Shown here piece after piece: positions 50,640 to 64,000 of a stretch of DNA of 64,000 bases. The stretch lies in the NCBI RefSeq assembly GCF_009914755.1, contig NC_060927.1; one strand, 5' to 3'. The position numbers and the translations under genes are program-made. The stretch is from the human T2T-CHM13v2.0 reference genome, Homo sapiens. The notes under the pieces are model-generated. The model made no database searches. It was given only the letters and a program-made list of their open reading frames with translations, and was not told where the DNA came from. How positions within the stretch are numbered: the first letter of the stretch is position 1; every line of letters starts with the position of its first letter.

Positions 50640-51103
50640 CTAAAAGAAAAAGGCGCAAGGTGGGTAACCACGTATTTACATACATGCAGATGTCACTACC
50701 TGCCATTAGCATTTTTAAAGATTTGCATAAAAATGTTGTTGAATTAAAGAGACAATTTTATAATCCCCAGAAACCAAGAAATGGTCAGAAGCCACTAGGA
50801 TTTGAATACATACACCTATAGTGTCCTATAAAATAACCAAACTTAAGAGAATATTAAATCCTACTGAACTAGCCACAAAAATAGAATAGATAAAAGGGAG
50901 GGGGGAAAATGAGAAGATGTCAAAGATGGTTCCTTTCTTCCTACTAACTTTGCCATATTCCTCAGTCTCCATCTGAAATATGAATTAACCTCAACTAGAC
51001 TTTCCAGTTGAGGACTCATTTAAAAGAGAGAGCTCAATAAAGGGTAAGCCTCCTTTACTCTAGTTCACCAATTCATCTTGGAAGAATGACTGAGAGCATC
51101 CTA

Positions 51104-51415
<312 letters not shown>

Positions 51416-51519
51416 TCAAATGGCTTCTTCCAAAATCACAGTGACCTTCAGTGCTTTTTATTTTAAATAAGAAAAAGATTTCCACTTACAAATTTAAATA
51501 ACAAAAATTCCCATGTTTA

Positions 51520-51814
51520 GGCCAGACACAGTGGCTCATGCCTATAATCCTAGCACTTTGGGAGGCCGAAGGGGGGGTATCAATTGAGGTCAGGAATTCA
51601 AGACCAGCCTGGCCAACATGGTAAAACCCCATCTCTACTAAAAATGCAAAAATTAGCTAGATATGGTGGTGCCTGCCTGTAATCCCAGCTACTCAGGAGG
51701 CTGAGGCAGGAGAATCACTCGAACCTAGGAGGCAGAGGTTGCAGTGAGCCAAGATAGCACCACTGTACTCCAGCCTGGGCGATAGAGAGACTCCGTCTCC
51801 AAAAAAAAAAAAAA
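51520..51814 (+). mobile_element. AluS with TSD AAAAATTCCCATGTTTA
   Basis: Full Alu; duplicated flank. Confidence 0.93.
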
Positions 51815-52174
51815 TTCCCATGTTTAAAACCTGTGATCCCGTAACCTTTATGTAAGATTTGTCAAGAATCAGAACAGGAAGCAACTTGCACCAGCACAAG
51901 TTTGGGAGCCTCCTTATGGACAGTAGTAATGAGGGGGTGTGGGTTCTAGAAAACATACTAGTTGAGATGAGAACACAAACGATTATATCAATATACTGCC
52001 AACAATCACACAAGGAACCCATGGTTGACAAAAGGTGGTACAATTACATTGTTCAAGTATTACACAAAGTAACAATCAGTGGTATTTCAGGACAACTATG
52101 CTGATACTGCCCAGTTTGATTTAAATAAAAGAATCATTCCAATTCCCAGGGAGTAAGAAGGGGCCTCTTCTTAC

Positions 52175-53438
52175 CTGCTAAAGATAAGGTGCCTATCAAA
52201 GCATCCGCCATCCACCCCTCCATACTTTGGAAATGATGCCCTGCGGTTTAGCCTTGACGTAAAGTTTATTGGCGCTTGCCGCCTCTGTTTTGGCTCAGGA
52301 CATTGGTGAGGAGTAAAGAGGGAGAAAGGTGGGCAGGTGGCAACTGGATTCTTGCAGCGAGCATGTTGTTCTCTAAGATACTCTGTGATTATACTGTCCA
52401 GCGTAGGTGGGGAAGGAAGATGTCTGTCCAGCTGTTTTTTTATGGCTGGGCTTTGGCTGTAGGCACCATGGTCCGACTTCTGCCGCAACACTCTGATTTT
52501 CCTGCCATTGCAGGGTGATGGCCTCTCTCTGATAAAACTGATTCTACCAATCAAAGGGGAGTTGCCTGCATAAGATGGGCCGGGCAGAGCTAGCGGACCC
52601 TGGGGGGGCCGTGGCTGAGGATGAGCAGTAGGGGCAGAAGGCGCAGAGGCACCCACAGCAGCATGGCTGCCCAGACGAGTTGCAATGCCATTAGCGATAC
52701 GAGGGGTTCGGGGTAGAGAGACAGGAGAAGCAGCAGCAGTGACTGGGGTAAAGGCAGAAGAATGGGAGGCAGCAGTCATGGGCAGGTCAGCCTCTTTTGT
52801 CAGCACGGTTGCTGTTTCTCCAAGCCCTTTAGAAATAAGATGGTTTCGTATCAACAAAAGCAGCTCTTTCTCAGGGAAGGAGATCCTTGACTGGGCAACA
52901 ACATCTGCTTTCTGCAGTCGTGCTAGGGAAACATCAGTGCCAATGAGAAGTGGTTTTCCTGACACCCGTTCAATGAGTTCAGCAGCATACTTGCAGAACT
53001 TGACATGGTCACTGCGCTTGTCCTGCAGCACAGGCTCCTTCATCAGCTGCTGGATCTGGCAGCTGCTGAAAAGGGGCAGTTTACTGATGATCTGCCGGAC
53101 AGTGCTACTGCGAGACAGGCCCACTAGGGCTTTGCAGGCCAGGGCCCGGATTTGGTCTGCATCTGTGATGGGCATCTTAATGGACAGTAAGGACAGGAGC
53201 ACCTTGATGCCGTTGTTGGACTGAACCACATTCCACATCTTGGCCAGGGTGTGCTCACTGCTTTTAGGGTTCTGAGGCAGCTTTCTCCGAGGAGTACCAG
53301 AGATAAATTTACCAATACTGGATATTCGGTTATCTGGGCCACACACACAATTGATGATAATCTGAAGTGCTGACTTCTGAATTTCAGCATCATGGATGAA
53401 GAACTCACCCTCAGCCACTCCCAAAATAATGCTGATAC
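52175..53438 (-). CDS. DCAF1: DCAF1 large exon (1264 nt; end of ARM-like region, LisH, helix-loop-helix region)
   Basis: ccattag|GT...AG|gtaaga; 417-aa ORF containing ELLLLIRNHLISKGLGETATVLTKEA (LisH). Confidence 0.97.
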
Positions 53439-53659
53439 CTAATGGGAAAAAAAATTATGTATTATTCACCATAAAACTAATGGCCAACTTCAATAGTTGT
53501 TCCAGAGTCAAAATTTGGTGTTCTACTCACTTTTACTTTAAAAAACTATATTACTTTTGTAAAAACTGCAAGGGTTTGTATAAAGTGCAGACAGTTCTAC
53601 TACAATGTATTTTTATGGTATCTCATATGCAGTTATTAAATAGGGAAATCATGTCATAA

Positions 53660-54010
<351 letters not shown>

Positions 54011-54744
54011 TAATTTTAATACACTAAAACCTTAGGAACGGAGAAAGCCCTCGGTTGGGCTGCTACTGTGGAAGCAGAACCCTTTCCACTCTATTTTAAG
54101 AAAATTAAAAACCAAGTGCCTGTGTCTTAGTCCTATCCTGCATCTTGTCCCATCACACGACTTCCCATGCTCACCCCAGCAGTGCCCTGATCAGCCTTGC
54201 TCTTAATAAAGTATATTATCAAAGTATATTTTCCTTTTTTTATATATGTATGACGGTTTCTACCCATTTTGAGCTACCTGCCAATTACTGACTCAGGTTA
54301 CAAAACTGCTTACTTTGTTTTTTTTTCCCTTTAACTCCTGGAAAGCTGTGATGCTTAAGTTTTTTACTATCTGCCTCAACCCATTTTTCCCATGAACTTT
54401 ATTTTTAGTGCAAGACTCTTCAGAGTGTGAGCTTTTCAGGAAAGCTATAATATACCATTATAGCAGAAATGCCAGTACCACTCAGAAAACCTGAGTTTAC
54501 TAGCATGACTCCCTTACATCAAACTATCTGGTCCTACATTTGTATTTTTGTTTTTTGGTTTTTTTTTTTAAATTAGTTCCTGATCTGCTGAATGGTACTC
54601 CTTATAAAGGACAGACAAGGAGCCCCCCTCTACTACTTCTGTTCTAAAATCCAAAATTAGGTCAGGTAAGTAACCAAGACCAGAGTGGCAAAGAAAAAAC
54701 AAATCCAGACCAAGAAACAACAAAAATGGCAAAGTACAACCTAC

Positions 54745-54869
54745 CTACAGTAGAGACTGTAGATCCAGCCTCATCCAACACGTCCACTGATTCTGCCAAC
54801 TGGAGCTGGATTTTTGGCACCACAGTAAGAATAGCCAGGACATCCAAAGCAAAGCGCACAGTGTCATTC
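54745..54869 (-). CDS. DCAF1: DCAF1 exon (NDTVRFALDVLAILTVVPKIQLQLAESVDVLDEAGSTVSTV)
   Basis: gtccag|G...GTAG|gtaggt; 125 nt. Confidence 0.95.
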
Positions 54870-55219
54870 CTGGACAGGAAGAATTAGTCAAAGGGAAATT
54901 AGAGTATAGCCACAAGAATCAAGAGAGACAGAGAGAGAGACACACAGACAGATAGACACATACACACAGAGACAATAAATCAGAAGCACTACCAGTGTGG
55001 CTCTATCTCAAGCTGTCGCATCAAGAGAGGATTTTATAGTCACCATGACATTACTTCCAAAAAATATAGCAATGGAATTTTTACCTATTAAACTTCTATG
55101 ATAAAAAACATAGAATAATCCTGAATCCTTTCATCCTAGTGAAAACATATAGAGACACGTACTCTCAAAGTTTTGGTGAGAGTAGAAATTAGTACACTCT
55201 TTCCAGAAAGTAATCTGGA

Positions 55220-56286
<1,067 letters not shown>

Positions 56287-56289
56287 TAA

Positions 56290-57445
56290 TCAGAAGAATT
56301 TATGTATTAAGATGTTCATTAGCCACATTAAAATAGCAAAAGAATGAGAAAACCCACATAGACAAGAGCACCATATGTGTTAGAGTATAGTACACTCATA
56401 AACTACAGCCATTGACAATCATTTTCAAAGAACCCTAAAGAATGAGGGAAAGGGTTCAAAATACAACATTAATGATATAAAAATAAAAAATGTAAGATAT
56501 AAAATTAAAAATCTGACAATACCAAGTACTGGCAAGAAAGTAGAGAAATGTTGGATGTCTTTTGTAGTTAAAAAAGAAAAAACCGGCTGGGTGTGGTGGG
56601 AGACCAGGGCAGGTGGATCACGAGGTCAGGAGTTCAAGACCAGCCTGGCCAATATGGTGAAACCCTGTCTCTACTAAAAATACAAAAATTAGCTGGGCAT
56701 GGTAGTGGGCGCCTGTAGTCCCAGTTACTCAGGAGGCTGAAGCAGGAGAATCGCTTGAACCCAGGAGGCGGAGGTTGCCATAAGCCGAGATTGCACCACT
56801 ACTGCACTCCAGCCTGGGTGACAGAGCAAGACTCTGCCTCAAAAAAAAAAAAGAAAAAAAAAAGTAGAGAAATGAAAGCTCCTATATATTGCTGGTGGGG
56901 GATGACAATGGTATGAACATTTTTAGAAGCAATTTGGCAATATCCAATAAAGGTAAGAACACAGACACCCTACAAACCAGATGCTCTACATCATATCCTC
57001 AAGAGAGCCTCCAAAAGGAGGTTCATGATACCATTTATTTAATAGCCAAAAAAACCAAACAAAAACACTAAATTAGCCATCAATGGCAGAATAAACTGCA
57101 GTATAGAAATACAGCATTTTAAATAAATATCAACATATATAAATCTCAAGAATATAAGGGTAAAAAAAGCAAGCTGTGAAAGATGAACTTAGGAAAATAT
57201 TTATAATTTAAAAACATGCAAAGCAGTATGACGTTATTATTTATGAACACACAGATATATATAGTATAAAAACATGAGTGGGGAGAATATGGTTCAAATT
57301 CAGAAGATGGGTGACTCTGGGGAGGCAGAAAAAGAACTGAGCCAAAAGCAAATACAACAACATGCCAATCCTGGTTAATGATGGAGCAGTTGTTAAACTA
57401 TTCTCTGTGCCTTTCTATGTTTTGAAAATATTCATAAAAAAGATG
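56290..57445 (+). mobile_element. Degraded L1M (L1ME-like) 3' fragments
   Basis: CTGACAATACCAAGTACTGGCAAG...ATTGCTGGTGGG...GCAATTTGGCAATAT. Confidence 0.6.
56551..56863 (+). mobile_element. AluS with 34 nt of extra 5' sequence inside a 14-bp TSD
   Basis: TSD AAAGTAGAGAAATG at 56537-56550 and 56861-56874; the Alu starts at 56585. Confidence 0.8.
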
Positions 57446-57628
57446 AATTTGATTAAAAGTATAATATTAATTATGTGTATTTGCAAATATTACGTAGTGA
57501 ATGCTAAGAGTAATTTTCTTTTCTCTTTAAAAGATTCTGCATATTCTAAAGCAGAAACATTTATTAATTTTATTTCTAAAAATAAATTTTTAAAATCAAG
57601 GACATATTTTTTCAATAATCCAAATACA

Positions 57629-57962
<334 letters not shown>

Positions 57963-57977
57963 TTATACCCTTTCTAG

Positions 57978-59095
<1,118 letters not shown>

Positions 59096-59809
59096 CTCCA
59101 AGAGTACCTTACAATATTTAAATGCTGGGATTTAACAAACTTACTATATTCCCCTAAATAAGCCCCTCTCTTATCTTTATGGCAGTGAGTGAATAGGAAA
59201 AGAAGGTCAAGCACTCTGTTTATAAACTTTTTTACTATCTTCTCTTAAGACCCCATCTTTTTCAAAACAGTTTTATTTCTTTTTATATCATCTTCAAATA
59301 GAACCTACCCAGTTTCCTGATTACATCAGCCACCCTTTTCTGGGCCTTGTCCTGCTCTGCCTTAAACTAATTTGTGAAAATCCTAACAGTATGTCGAATT
59401 CCAAGAGTAAAAGGACAATTTTATATGAACGTAATATAAACATTATATATGGTTGTCAAGTAGTAGCAAGACACTTTAAGTACTAAAGAATCCTGGACTC
59501 CAGGCTCAAGACAAGACTTTAACCCCAGCTCTGCAGCTGTGGCCGTGTAAATCATGTACCTTCTCCGACAGTACAGAGGCTAATCCTTGCCTATTATGCA
59601 AATTTTACAATCACCAAGACCATATATATGAACAAGTGTGCTGTAAATTAAAAATCATATTTTCATGCCTAATCTAATTTCTCAGATTCAAGTCCAAAAT
59701 TTCAATTCAATTCAACAAATGTTTGTTAAGCATATACAATGTGCAAACCAACATCAACTTTAACAAAAAGATGCATCAAACTTCATTTGAAATCTCTCTC
59801 TGGTCCCAC

Positions 59810-59979
59810 CTTGCATAATAGGTCTTCCAATTGCAGGCAATAGAAATAAGCTGCAACAAGAGTTGCACACAAGAAAGTTTGAGGAAAACTTCAGCTGGTT
59901 CCCAATATAGCTGCGCTGGGCCATATTCTATCAAAAATTCCATCATTTCCACAATCTGTTCATGAGTATATGAGCATGC
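59810..59979 (-). CDS. DCAF1: DCAF1 exon (ACSYTHEQIVEMMEFLIEYGPAQLYWEPAEVFLKLSCVQLLLQLISIACNWKTYYAR)
   Basis: cttatag|GCA...AG|gtggga; 170 nt. Confidence 0.95.
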
Positions 59980-60044
59980 CTATAAGGAGAGATATATAGT
60001 ATTATTATTATATATAACTCTACATCTGCCTACTACCTCCTTGA

Positions 60045-60985
<941 letters not shown>

Positions 60986-61151
60986 AGAAATCTGCTGGTG
61001 ATTTTTTAAAAAACATGCAGCTACTCGTCATTATCCCAAAACATATCAAATTCCACAATGATAGTGAAGTGGAGTTATAAACACATTTTCAGAAAAGAAA
61101 TTCTGCACAGAAGGCAAATCATCTAGTACTTTTCATACAAAAAAGCTCTTT

Positions 61152-61453
61152 GCCAGGTACAGTGGCTCACACCTGTAATTCTAGCACTTTGGGAGGTCGA
61201 GGTGGGAGGACTGCTTGAGTCCAGGAGTTCCAAGACCAGCCAGGACAACATAGTGAGACCCCCATCTCCACAAAAAAATTTAAAAATTAGCTGGGTGTGG
61301 TGGTGTGTGCCTATAGTCCCCCAACTACTCAGGAGGTTGAGGTGGGAGGATCACCTGAACCTGGGAGGTTAATGTTGCAATGAGGTGTGGTCACATCACT
61401 GCACTCCAGCCTGGGTGACAGAGGGAGACGTATCTCAAAAAGAAAAAAAGAAA
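61152..61453 (+). mobile_element. AluJ
   Basis: Diverged full Alu. Confidence 0.9.
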
Positions 61454-61699
61454 GCTTTTTTATACACACTTCAGTTAATCTTTTAGTTCTAGAATCCCAG
61501 CAACTTACAACTGGAAGCAAAATAATTCCCTGAAATTCACCTATTACATCCATTTTTCAATTGTTCTGCCTTCATACAGGGAAGTATACTCCAACAATGG
61601 ACATAGCACAGAGTCCACTGATCTGAATGTGAGTTTCAGGACTGAGATGCTACAGAGAGGGCTAACAGAACTTTCCCTTTCAAGGCAAGGTCCTCTCAC

Positions 61700-61909
61700 C
61701 TTGTACGGGGGTTGTGGGTGGACAAGAATGCCACCCTCAGTCCTCTGAAGTGACTGCTTCACTTGTTCCAATTTAATGGCCAGGTGAGCCTCAAAGTATT
61801 TGCGCAAGGCCATGCAGGTATGTTTCCCAGTTTGGCGGCTAGCAAATATTTCATCATCACTCAGAAGTGCACCCTGATCTTCCAAATTTAGAATCTCCAA
61901 AGTACTGAT
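61700..61909 (-). CDS. DCAF1: DCAF1 exon (ISTLEILNLEDQGALLSDDEIFASRQTGKHTCMALRKYFEAHL...PQPPYK)
   Basis: ttaatag|ATC...AAG|gtgaga; 210 nt. Confidence 0.95.
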
Positions 61910-62471
61910 CTATTAAGATGCAAAATATTGGGGCAAAAGAGGGGAAAAGGCAAGAAGAGTTAAGTAAAAATATTTAAAAAAGGGAAAATATTTTAGTAAA
62001 CTTTTTTTACTTTCCATACATATTCTGCTTATGTATCAGTAAACTTTTATGCTTAACAAGACTGACAAATATCAACGCATATTTATGTATATCTATGTAT
62101 ATAGCATGCTAACAGTAGCTATATGAAAGCAAAACATTAAACTCATACCAAAAAATGAACAAGCTTTTAATCATATTAAAAAATGTACAGGAATAAAACT
62201 ATTGCTTTTACAAAGATCAAGATCATCAACTGCCAATCCCCGTTATAAGATTACTATATCCAAGGCAAGTCTACAACGGCACAGTGTCCTCTAACTACTA
62301 AAGAAAAAGAGAAATTTGTGAAGAAAGGGAAAAAAAAAAAACTTCACAAAAAGAATGGCAGCAAAACTCCTCTAATCAGAAGCTTCCTTTCTTCAAGGGT
62401 GTGCCGTTAAAGGGCAGCCAAGACAACCAGGACCCTCAATCCTAGGGAGAAAAGCACTGAAAGAACCTCAC

Positions 62472-62651
62472 CAAGTTCACCAGACGACGAAGACCATCAT
62501 AGCGGTCAAAGAGCTCCAAGACGGCCCGAAATGAGAAGCAAATTGAAAAAAACATGGTAGCATGGCAGCATCCTGAAGCATGAGAACACTCCATTAACCA
62601 CAGGGTATAGTTCACCACATCAGACAGAACATTGTGGGGATGCATGCAAAC
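62472..62651 (-). CDS. DCAF1: DCAF1 exon ([60 protein letters not shown])
   Basis: ttgcag|GTT...TTG|gtgagg; 180 nt. The gene continues upstream off the window. Confidence 0.95.
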
Positions 62652-63420
62652 CTGCAAAAAAATACAAATAAAACAATGCTTTTAAATTGTGGGCAAAGGA
62701 GCCCTTGAACAGGATGGAAAATTTGCCAGTATAGATATCTGCAGAATACAATGACCATCTCCAATCAAGTCACTCTTAGTACAAAGTTTAGGTAATAATA
62801 CAAAGGCAATTTTAGAACACGATCCATTCCAAACCTGAAAACGACCTAAATTTAGATAAATATTTAAATACAACCTATACTTACTGAGTGCCAACAAATA
62901 TTTACATCATTTAATGCTCACGAGGGCTCCATTATACAGGTATTAGGATTCTCACTTAAAAGAAGAGGAAGAGGTAAGGAACTTCTCCAATGTGATAAAA
63001 GTGGCTCAGATTTCTGATCCTAAGTCTAGGAGTTTGGTATTCATTCTCTGGTTAATTCACACACATTTTGATGTCTACTATGGGTCAGAAAATGAAACTG
63101 TAAAGCATCCCCAGGTTTCCTTGATATTTTTTTCTCTATCTTAGCCATAAGTAATTTTGTATGTACACACATAGATTAGTTTATTACTCCCAAAAGACTA
63201 CCTATCTTGCATAAACACCAAAATAAAAACAAATTAAAACTGATATTATTAATAAGCAAAGATAAATAATGTCATAGCTCGAGAAGAAATTACCCATTTC
63301 ACTCTACCAGAAAAGACACCAAATAAGAATATTAGAAAAATGTCCCAGAAATAGAAGTAACAAGAGCTTTGCTTTCCTAGGGGATCACAGGAGCCCATCG
63401 CTTTTCAAATGTATAACCCA

Positions 63421-63977
<557 letters not shown>

Positions 63978-64000
63978 TTATATATGAAAGAGTCTTAACT

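Overview
Human (or near-identical great-ape) genomic DNA that I recognise from the encoded proteins as the DOCK3-MANF-RBM15B-DCAF1(VPRBP) cluster (3p21.2 from memory). The + strand carries the last four constitutive coding exons and 3'UTR of DOCK3 (6889-~16615), the four-exon MANF gene (CDS 17760-21506, 182 aa ending RTDL) and the intronless RBM15B ORF (23817-26489, 890 aa) with a long 3'UTR. The - strand carries the last 15 coding exons of DCAF1 (62651 down to 31186), whose 3'UTR overlaps that of RBM15B. I checked exon boundaries by hand for GT-AG and phase. The rest is primate repeats (a 5'-inverted L1PA, about 30 Alus, MaLR LTR, MER58, L2, L1M). I see no foreign DNA and no new protein-coding gene. 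The best leads are: a frame-preserving 123-nt DOCK3 cassette exon resembling the DOCK4 alternative exon; a candidate 15/36-nt neural microexon in the same intron; a U12-type minor intron in DCAF1; a twin-primed L1 with an open ORF0 whose sense promoter points into the DOCK3 3' exons; overlapping RBM15B/DCAF1 3' ends; a strong-Kozak uORF in RBM15B; and a 322-bp near-perfect local duplication.
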